From Octopus sinensis (taxonomy: Eukaryota), in NCBI RefSeq assembly GCF_006345805.1, contig NW_021828683.1, forward strand, positions 1 through 7,906: a stretch of 7,906 bases of DNA. Reading direction: 5' to 3'. The translations under genes were made by a program, and so were the position numbers. Shown here one piece after another: positions 1 to 7,030 of the stretch. The first letter of the stretch is position 1, and each line of letters begins with the position of its first letter. A model generated the notes under the pieces. It was not told where the DNA came from. It worked only from the letters and a program-made list of their open reading frames with translations, and did not search any database.

Positions 1-24
1 CAGACGATATACAGCTAAGCATTT
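1..24 (-). mobile_element. Fragment of SINE family A (cut by the window edge)
   Basis: cagacgatatacagctaagcattt matches 456-471 (cagacgaaatacagct, 15/16) and the reverse complement of the copy at 2435 (gaaataccgctaagcactt). Only 24 bp are visible. Confidence 0.55.
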
Positions 25-349
25 TGTTTTTGAAAGTAGTGGTTTTCTGATTACAGCCCTCCCGTAAAATACGGTTTTATGCAGCTCCTGGCGAACAGTT
101 TTTGTGGAAACTGGGTCCTCAAGGTGGTCATTAAGCTCTGTAGTAATTTTGGGAGCTGTAATTCTGTGAGCCTTTCTACAATACGCGTCCCTATCTGGAA
201 GTTTTGGTTTTCGACGGATTTTTGTTTCGACGAGGAGGTTTTTTCTCAAAAGCTGTCCTTACTTTCGAGACGGTACTTCTTGACACACCAAACATTTCGG
301 CTGTTTTCGTTACGCTAGCGCCTGCCATACGAGCACCAACAATTTCACC
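25..349 (-). pseudogene. Tc1/mariner transposase N-terminal DNA-binding (HTH) region, degenerate fragment
   Basis: Manual minus-strand translation across two frameshifts (~240 and ~214): GEIVGARMAGASVTKTAEMFGVSRSTVSKVRTAFEK / KTSSSKQKS / RKPKLPDRDAYCRKAHRITAPKITTELNDHLEDPVSTKTVRQELHKTVFYGRAVIRKPLLSKT. This is the typical Tc1-family layout: first HTH, (G)RKPK AT-hook-like linker, second HTH (VS.KTVR..L), RKPLL. No start codon, DDE domain or TIR is visible. Confidence 0.9.
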
Positions 350-352
350 AAA

Positions 353-490
353 ATTAGATCAACCCCCCAGTACGCAACTGGTACTTAATTTATCGACCCT
401 GAAAGGATGAAAGGCAAAGTCGACCTCGGCGGAATTTGAACTCAGAGCGTAAAGACAGACGAAATACAGCTTCTGTCAGCTCGCCGCCTT
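353..490 (-). mobile_element. tRNA-derived SINE, family A, 3'-truncated with a short internal deletion
   Basis: Minus strand reads aaggcggcgagctgacagaa...gagttcaaattcc (Pol III B-box-like, 431-443)...gtcgactttgcctttcatcctttcagggtcgataaattaagtaccagttgcgtactgggg. It is colinear with the plus-strand copies at 2435 and 6567. Confidence 0.88.
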
Positions 491-769
491 CAAACTGCAA
501 TATTACTTTCATATCTCTGGCTTTGCATCAAAATTTGAAGTCAGTTTTACTCTAATATGTGGTGATGCGATGCATTTATTTACATGTATTGCTATATTCA
601 AATCTTGGTAAGGCCATGATGAGACATCAAAATATACACATGCACTGTTTATAAAGATTAAGTCATTAGTGCGTCGGGTAAATTCTGTCAACGCCATTTT
701 ATCTTTCATGAGTTGGAAATCGATAATGCTTGGCTTATCTAGGGTGATTTATTGATGGAAATGATTGAT

Positions 770-836
770 AGACAACGATCGGGCCGGATACTTTGCGGTA
801 TTCTTCCAGTTCTTTGTGTTTTGAGTTCAATTTCCA
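770..836 (+). mobile_element. Highly degenerate SINE family A head fragment
   Basis: gatactttgcggtattcttccagttctttgtgttttgagttcaatttcc resembles gtgcttagcggtatttcgcccgtcgttactttctgagttcaaattcc of the 2435 copy; B-box-like motif at 823-835. Confidence 0.5.
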
Positions 837-936
837 ACATGGCTTATTCGAATGATAGATCTGATATGTTGCCTGACAGCAAAGGTGACATTAGTAGAGT
901 TAATTCTATTGAAAGCATTTTTGTACTTTGCCTCTA

Positions 937-1146
937 TTCTTCTTCTTCTTCTCTTCTTCTTCTTCTTCTTCTTCTTCTTCTTCTCCTCCTTCTTCTTCTT
1001 CTTCTTCTTCTTCTTCTTCTTTTTCTTCTTCTTCTTCTTCTCCTTCTTCTTCTTCTTCTTCTTCTTTTTCTTCTTCTTCTTCTCCTTCTTCTTCCTCTTC
1101 TTCTTCTCCTTCTTCTTCCTCTCCTTCTTCTTCTTCTTCTTCTCCT

Positions 1147-1190
<44 letters not shown>

Positions 1191-1287
1191 TTCTCCTTCT
1201 TCTTCTTCTCCTTCTTCTTCTTCTTCCTCCTCTTCTTCTTCTCCTTCTTCTTCTCTTCTTCTTCCTCTTCTTCTCTCTTCTTCTTCT
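937..1287. repeat. (CTT)n/(GAA)n trinucleotide microsatellite with CCT/TTT interruptions; ~350 bp polypyrimidine tract
   Basis: Plus strand contains only C and T over the interval by visual inspection. Confidence 0.97.
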
Positions 1288-1291
1288 GATT

Positions 1292-1317
1292 TTATTATTA
1301 TTATTATTATTATTATT
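1292..1317. repeat. (ATT)n = (TAA)n tail of the Dong-like copy at 1318-1530
   Basis: Perfect ATT run directly abutting the element 3' end. Confidence 0.9.
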
Positions 1318-1527
1318 CAGTAGTTTTATTTTTATAGCGTGCTTCACTTCACTACCGAGCTCAGCTCTGTGTGCCTGGGTAGGTGCTGTGATTGTTGTGA
1401 TGCTCTGATGGTTATTATATGGAAAGTGTTCTGCGTAGATATGTGCAGTGCCTAGTAGTGCAATTTTCTGTATGTTATATGTGTTTGTAAGTCCTGGTGT
1501 TTTTGTTATGTATTTGTCGAATATGTT

Positions 1528-1530
<3 letters not shown>
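1318..1530 (-). mobile_element. R4/Dong-like non-LTR retrotransposon 3' end, family 1, copy 1 (5'-truncated)
   Basis: About 95% identical (roughly 11 differences in ~213 bp, counted by hand) to 1591-1806. Encodes remnants of ...KYITKTPGLTNTYNIQKIALLGTA... followed by the 3' UTR. Confidence 0.85.

Positions 1531-1531
<1 letters not shown>

Positions 1532-1590
<59 letters not shown>
1532..1590. repeat. (ATT)n = (TAA)n tail of the Dong-like copy at 1591-1968
   Basis: Perfect ATT run of ~59 bp between the two family 1 copies. Confidence 0.95.
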
Positions 1591-1593
<3 letters not shown>

Positions 1594-1968
1594 TAGTTTT
1601 ATTTTTATAGCGTGCTTTCACTTCACTACCGAGCGCAGCTCTGTGTGCCTTGGGTATGTGCTGTGATTGTTGTGATGCTCTGATGGTTACTGTATTGAAA
1701 GTGTTCTGCGTAGGATGTGTGCAGTGCCTAGTAGTGCAATTTTCTGTATGTTATATGTATTTGTAAGTCCTGGTGTTTTTGTTATGTATTTGTCTGAATA
1801 TGTTTTTATCATGCCTAATGTACTTACTATGATAGGATTTGTTTTCTGTTTTAGATTCCCATCGAGTTACCTCTATTTCCAGGTCTTTGTATTTTGAGAG
1901 TTTCTCCATTTCTTTAGAGACACGTTGTCATCAGCCGGTATTGATACATCAATTAGAAAGCATTTTTT
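1591..1968 (-). mobile_element. R4/Dong-like non-LTR retrotransposon 3' end, family 1, copy 2: C-terminal restriction-like endonuclease (RLE) region plus 3' UTR
   Basis: Minus-strand translation with at least two frameshifts: KKCFLIDVSIPADDNVSLK / EMEKLSKYKDLEIEVTRW / PIIVSTLGMIKTYSDKYITKTPGLTNTYNIQKIALLGTAHILRRTLSIQ* (stop 1689-1687). LIDV.IP, K..KY..L, P(I/V)IVG.LG and QK..LLGTA.ILR are characteristic of R4-clade RLE C-termini. The PD motif is lost by 5' truncation. About 96 nt of 3' UTR precede a (TAA)n tail. Confidence 0.9.
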
Positions 1969-1988
1969 CTATTATCATTATTATTATA

Positions 1989-2024
<36 letters not shown>

Positions 2025-2101
2025 TATTATTATTATTATTATTATCATCTGAAAACTCAGCTTATTTTTTCTATTATCATTATTATATATCTTATTATTA
2101 T

Positions 2102-2146
<45 letters not shown>

Positions 2147-2176
2147 ATTATTATTATCATCTGAAAACTCACCTTA
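1963..2176. repeat. Two-unit tandem duplication (period ~102-112 bp) built around ATT tracts
   Basis: ttttttctattatcattatta occurs at 1963 and 2065; tcatctgaaaactca(g/c)cttatttt occurs at 2045 and 2157; interrupted (ATT)n lies between. Confidence 0.85.
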
Positions 2177-2430
2177 TTTTGCTGGGTATGATGGAAAGTG
2201 TCTGCTGTCCACAGCCAGCAGACTAAGGTGACACTTGTTTACTGATCATGCTTCAAGATTAGTTGTGAAGAATTCTTGCAGTTCCAAGAAATGCTGATTT
2301 TTGTAGGAGTTCTACCTTCACACTTGCAGCACCAATCTTTTTCAGCCATGTTGGTAGTTGAGTGCTGATATTTCCAAGTGCACCAATTACTACTGGTATC
2401 ATGTCTACTCCCTTCATTGACCACAACCCC
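2157..2430 (-). mobile_element. R4/Dong-like non-LTR retrotransposon 3' end, family 2 (5'-truncated)
   Basis: Open minus frame 2426-2259: LWSMKGVDMIPVVIGALGNISTQLPTWLKKIGAASVKVELLQKSAFLGTARILHN*. It has the same LW...PVVIGALG...LQK.A.LGTARIL signature as family 1 but a distinct DNA sequence and 3' UTR, and ends in ...ttttcagatgataataat. Confidence 0.88.
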
Positions 2431-2434
2431 ACAC

Positions 2435-2651
2435 AATCGTTAGCGCGCTAGATGAAGTGCTTAGCGGTATTTCGCCCGTCGTTACTTTCTGAGTTCAAAT
2501 TCCAGCGAGGTCGACTTTGCCATTCATCCTTTCGGGGTCGATAAATCAAGTACCAGTTGAGCATTGGGATCGATGTAATCGACTAGCCCCCAGCCCAAAG
2601 ATTTCAGGGCCTTGTGCCAATAGTAGAAAAGATTGTTATTATTATTATTAT
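2435..2651 (+). mobile_element. tRNA-derived SINE, family A, slightly 5'-truncated, with (ATT)n tail
   Basis: aatcgttagc...gagttcaaattcc (B-box-like, 2491-2503)...gtcgactttgccattcatcctttcggggtcgataaatcaagtaccagttgagc...gggccttgtgccaatagtagaaaagattgttattattatt; colinear with the 6567 copy. Confidence 0.9.
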
Positions 2652-3009
2652 TTGTTTTCATCCATGATTATCATGCAATTCTTATTTTCTGATCTAGTGA
2701 CCATCCCTCTAAACTAATCTTGTCGCTATGGTCTCTTCCGTTTCATTTTAATTTTCAAGTTTTTCAGTATTTTTCAATATATTTTTCAATATTTTTCCCA
2801 ATATTCTGGCATGTGTATATCTTCATAAAATTGAAGAATCGTTCAAGCGATAATTATAATAATGAGAAAATGAAAGAGTGAGTCCTTGAGTTCGATGATT
2901 CTTTATCATTTTAGTTACGCCCACATTCTCAATATAAACGTGTATTTCTTATTTTAATAGAAATTTACATACTTTTGTGATAGTGATGACTCGAGAGTAT
3001 TGTCTATAG

Positions 3010-3133
3010 CATCGACTCTAAAACTAGCCCGGCGTATTGTTTATCGACCTCGGAAGGACGAAAGCCAAAATTTACTCGAAAACGTTAAGAATCGCAACTA
3101 AATACGGTAAAATATTTGGGCCGGCGCTCTAAA
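3010..3133 (-). mobile_element. Degenerate SINE family A copy
   Basis: ttatcgacctcggaaggacgaaagccaaa aligns to ttatcgaccctgaaaggatgaaaggcaaa (390-418), followed by a decayed head (aaatacggtaaaatatttgggccggcgctctaa). Confidence 0.65.
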
Positions 3134-3302
3134 GGATATACGGATCGATCGCTCTTCATTTGAGTATAAATATTGGAAAATATAAATCATTATATTCTCG
3201 AGCTATCTCTCAACTGAGTCTCTGCATTTGCACCTGAGTTCTATTAAAACACACACATATTTGATATAATGACATATTGACAAGGGAGAAATTCTATTGC
3301 AT

Positions 3303-3352
3303 TCTATCAACATGGAAAGGATGAAAGACAAAATAGAACCGATTGGATTTAA
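3303..3352 (-). mobile_element. Degenerate SINE family A core fragment
   Basis: tatcaacatggaaaggatgaaagacaaaatagaacc resembles tatcgaccctgaaaggatgaaaggcaaagtcgacc (391-425). Confidence 0.45.
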
Positions 3353-3677
3353 GCATTCAACAGACACTAAAGATTTCAATGAATGCTAATGCTGGAATAC
3401 ACATAGAAAGGGAAATACTGCAGACACGCCCACCGACACTGCCTCCAAATGGCTTACAGTCAAGAGCAACTACTAATACTTACTTCAAACGTTTGTTTAT
3501 GTTAGATTCAATCAAAGCATATAATACTTTATTATTATTTTATTACATAACAAACAACGCCATTTAAACAGGTTCTGATGATCAAAGTAAGAAATAAATA
3601 GAGGTTTAGTTGCAATATCGAATTCTGCTGGTGTGCCTGTATAACATACATACGTACTTACTGAAAACACACACTGT

Positions 3678-3791
3678 CATATATGTGTATGTATGTATGT
3701 ATGTATGTATGTATGTATGTATGTATGTATGTATGTATGTATGTATGTGCGTACGTGCGTACGCACGTACGTACGTACACACGTACGTACG
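3678..3791. repeat. (TATG)n microsatellite grading into TACG/TGCG variants
   Basis: About 15 GTAT units (3687-3748), then cgtacgtgcgtacgcacgtacgtacgtacacacgtacgtacg. Confidence 0.95.
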
Positions 3792-3799
3792 AATGTATG

Positions 3800-4258
3800 C
3801 ATGTATGTATATGCGCATATATAATTATACTTATTTGAATATATATATATATACATATACAAATATATATATGTATATACTCATTTATTCATGCATATAT
3901 ATGTACGTAAATATATTAATGTAGAGGTGCATATATATATATATATGATATATATATATATATATATTACATCCTCATATATTAGCATATATATCTACTC
4001 GCTCTTCTCTCTCATACGCAATACGCATATATACGAACACGCCTACATGTATACATAAATGCATATAAAACACGGGCTTCATATATATATATATATACAT
4101 AAATACATATAATACATATATATAAATACTATAATGTATATATATATATATAATTATATATATATACTTATATATATATATATACCTATATATAGATGTA
4201 CTATATATATATACATATGTATATATAGGTACCAATACATATAATATATTATATTATA

Positions 4259-4296
<38 letters not shown>

Positions 4297-4500
4297 CATA
4301 TGTATATATAGGTACGTAAACAATACATATATATATATGGCATATATGATAACAAATATGGATATATGTGTATATTTAGATATATATATATATTATTTGA
4401 TATATACGTCCATTTTATATATATCTATATAACAAATATACTTCATATATATAGTGTATATTTTGTATGTATATATTATATATATGTATATATATGTTTG
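3800..4500. repeat. Long degenerate (TA)n low-complexity region
   Basis: Dominated by TA dinucleotides with short interruptions; boundaries are approximate. Confidence 0.9.
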
Positions 4501-5446
4501 TGCTTGTACATACACGCACATACCTGCCTACACGCGCGTTACCATACATATACTTACACAAACGCACAGTTATATAACTAGGTATGTTCATGTATATTTA
4601 TGCGTTTGTAAGTAAGTGTGGCTTCCTCTCTCTCTAAGTATGATTAAATAGACTTCTGCTGAAGAGAAAACTATCTCCAAAGGACTTAATTTCCATTATT
4701 TAACTCTTTTAGATACATTTCCCTTCCTTTCAATAAGGTAATCGATTATACACTTATATATTCCTAACCAACAAGTAACATCTATTGATCTAAATTCTCA
4801 AATATATTCATAATATACACATATCAGACAACACAAGAATTCCACTTCGTGATATTTTAATGAAACATTACACCGCGGTTCTTATTACAAACCGTCTTTA
4901 TTTAAATCTATTTGTTTCTTTGCCAATTTGTGAACACGCCATTAATGACAAATACAGACGACAGCTTTAAAAATATTTATCGAATATATTATCAGCATTC
5001 ATTCAACAGGTCTTTCTGGTGGCTATTTGGTTTGGTTCCTGCTTTAAATAGTACATGATGTTCGTGTTGCGCTGTTCCTTTTGAAAATGTCTTTTAAGAA
5101 CCTTGTGATGTAATCAGTAAATCACGATTATATTTGTATTGATGAAACCCGGGTTATCTTGCTCATCTAACTACAAGTAATTTTATAAACTTATGAACTC
5201 CTTATCACCACATTTCATCAAATGTATGTACAACCAAATAATACGTCTTTTTCACACACACACAAGCACACACATGTAACCACAAGCAAGCAGAGGCATT
5301 TCACATAAGGATAGGCATAAATTCATGTATATTTGCGTATGTCTATCGATATCTACTTAGATGTGTGTTTATGTATGTATACGCGAGGGTGGGATTTCTG
5401 TACACATATACACACACACATACCCATGCAACATACGTGTATACCA

Positions 5447-5524
<78 letters not shown>

Positions 5525-5540
5525 TTATACTATCTATCTA

Positions 5541-5587
<47 letters not shown>

Positions 5588-5628
5588 GACTGTCTCTCTC
5601 TCTCTATGTGTGTATATATATACACATG

Positions 5629-5672
<44 letters not shown>
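5447..5672. repeat. Compound microsatellite (ATCT)n-(GTCT)n-(CT)n-(CA)n
   Basis: ATCT run 5447-5542 (one interruption), GTCT run to ~5592, CT run to ~5604, CA run ~5635-5672. Confidence 0.95.
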
Positions 5673-5675
<3 letters not shown>

Positions 5676-5963
5676 GACGCAGGAGTGGCTGTGTGGTAAG
5701 AAGCTTGCTTCCCAACCACATGGTTCCCGGTTCAGTCCCACTGCGTGGCACTTTGGGCGAGTGTCTTCTACTAAAGCCTCAGGCCGACCAAATCATTGTG
5801 AGTGAATTTGGTGGACGGAAACTGAAAGAAGCACGTCGTATATATGTGTGTGTGTATGTATATATATATATGTGTGTGTATGTGTGTGTTGTTTGTGTGT
5901 GTATATGTATTTGTGTGTCTATGTGTCCCATACCATCGCTTGACAAATAAAAGAATAAAGGAA
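5676..5963 (+). mobile_element. tRNA-derived SINE, family B, with internal TA/TG microsatellite and a 3' internal deletion
   Basis: A-box-like TGGCTGTGTGG (5686-5696) and B-box-like GGTTCAGTCCC (5729-5739). ACGCAG (5677-5682) is complementary to CTGCGT (5741-5746). The head loosely resembles tRNA-Gly (cttgcttcccaa). The body matches 7031-7147, followed by microsatellite 5839-5925, cccataccatcgcttgacaa and an ataaaagaataaaggaat tail. Confidence 0.9.
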
Positions 5964-6315
5964 TATATATACACACTAACACACAAGTTTGTACACAATC
6001 AGCCACACACATATGTATGTATTTATGTAACGTATATGTAATTGTATACAGGTATGCATATATAATAATAATAATGAAATTATTGTATACAGTGCTCAAG
6101 TGTACCACAACTTGTGAAAAATACAGGTTATATTTAATTTGTTTATCCGTGTAATTGCCTCCATAGCTGCTCAACTTGGTCCTTCGTAGACCCATTCTTT
6201 ACCCCACGGCATTGGTTCCTCGTAAAGACATCGGAGTTTAAGTTTGGATCATTTGAGTGCTACTAAGTGTGTTGTATACTGAGAATCTTTGGATCCCATC
6301 CGTTGAGTATATACA

Positions 6316-6323
<8 letters not shown>

Positions 6324-6404
<81 letters not shown>
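6324..6404. repeat. (TA)n(GA)n compound microsatellite
   Basis: TA run ~6324-6373 followed by GA run ~6374-6404. Confidence 0.95.
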
Positions 6405-6406
<2 letters not shown>

Positions 6407-6566
6407 AAGGGTAGGAGAGATAGAACACAACCAGCAGAAATCAACAAAACAGAACACGCGGAAACGTAGATGATAACATAACAAACGAGGAACACGACAA
6501 AACCAAGATACGTGGATCATTCGTAGCCGATTTCCCTCTTCAGTCGGTGTCATTGTCATCATTGTT

Positions 6567-6786
6567 GGGCGGTGGATTGTCGGAATCGTAAGACTTGGTC
6601 AAAAAGGCTTGCCCGCATTTGTGTCCATCTTTGTGTTATGAGCTCAAATTCCGCCCGGGTCGACTTTGTCTGTCCTGCTTTCGGGGTCGATAAAATAAGT
6701 TACCAGTTGAGTACTGAGGTCGATGGAATCGACTTACGCCCATTCCCGAAATTGCTGGTCTTGTGCCAATATTTAAAATCAATATT
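6567..6786 (+). mobile_element. tRNA-derived SINE, family A, near full length, diverged
   Basis: gggcggtggattgtcggaatcgtaag head, B-box-like gagctcaaattcc (6640-6652), core gtcgactttg...tcggggtcgataaaataagttaccagttgagtactgaggtcgatggaatcgac, 3' end cttgtgccaatatttaaaatcaatatt. Confidence 0.85.
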
Positions 6787-6957
6787 TCTTTTGGCTCATT
6801 ACGTTCTAAGATCAAATCTCACAAAGAGAAGTTGTTAAAATAAAGTGCTAGTTAAGAAACGTGGTCGACATACCAGACTATACTTACACTAGCGCAAATG
6901 TCAAACCTTGACACCTTGTTAGAAATAGTTATTATTATGATAATTATTTTCTTTAGT

Positions 6958-7030
6958 TTCTGATTTCAAATCCTGCCGAGTGCTGGTTGATGTAATCGAC
7001 TATTCCATTCGTCCTAGAGTTACAGGCCTC
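6958..7030 (+). mobile_element. Internally deleted SINE family A fragment
   Basis: ttctgatttcaaatcctgccgag is joined directly to tgctggttgatgtaatcgacta; about 55-60 bp of the core seen in the 2435 and 6567 copies is missing. Confidence 0.6.

Noticed and set aside
79-410. Plus-strand ORFs of 79 and 68 aa
   Set aside because: They are antisense to the Tc1 transposase remnant and run into a SINE.
509-709. 66-aa minus ORF containing WPYQDLNI, faintly like the Tc1 WP..SPDLN motif
   Set aside because: The SP residues are missing, no other catalytic-domain motifs are present, and it lies upstream of the N-terminal fragment, which is the wrong order.
908-922. attgaaagcattttt resembling attagaaagcattttt at 1952-1967
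   Set aside because: The match is too short and AT-rich, and the flanks do not extend it.
752-1408. 218-aa poly-Leu ORF and the overlapping poly-Phe, poly-Ser and poly-Arg ORFs
   Set aside because: All arise from the stop-free (CTT)n tract. The flanks are SINE and Dong remnants, with no domain signal.
1289-2180. Repeat-spacer appearance suggestive of CRISPR
   Set aside because: The repeats are simple (ATT)n tracts, the spacers are retrotransposon 3' ends, and the context is eukaryotic with no cas genes.
2239-2436. 65-aa minus ORF in the supplied track
   Set aside because: It is the wrong frame of the Dong family 2 remnant; the homologous frame is 2426-2259.
2750-2806. Degenerate 10-11 bp tandem units (ttttcaatat-like)
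   Set aside because: These are low-complexity T-rich units without unique spacers; not CRISPR-like.
4211-4331. 22-bp direct repeat atacatatgtatatataggtac at 4211 and 4294
   Set aside because: It is readily explained by slippage within the TA-rich tract.
4580-5240. Unique AT-rich stretch as a possible host exon
   Set aside because: I found no convincing open frame bounded by splice sites and no recognisable peptide. A short exon or regulatory element cannot be excluded without RNA-seq.
5679-5750. tRNA-Gly-like sequence as a real tRNA gene
   Set aside because: The cloverleaf stems do not pair in canonical register, and the sequence continues into a SINE body also present at 7031.
6267-6321. 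12-bp inverted repeat gtgtgttgtata / tatacaacacac
   Set aside because: The right arm is the edge of a CA/TA microsatellite, so chance complementarity is likely.
3606-6562. Numerous YI/CV/HT/LS/ER-repeat ORFs
   Set aside because: These are translations of di- and tetranucleotide microsatellites.
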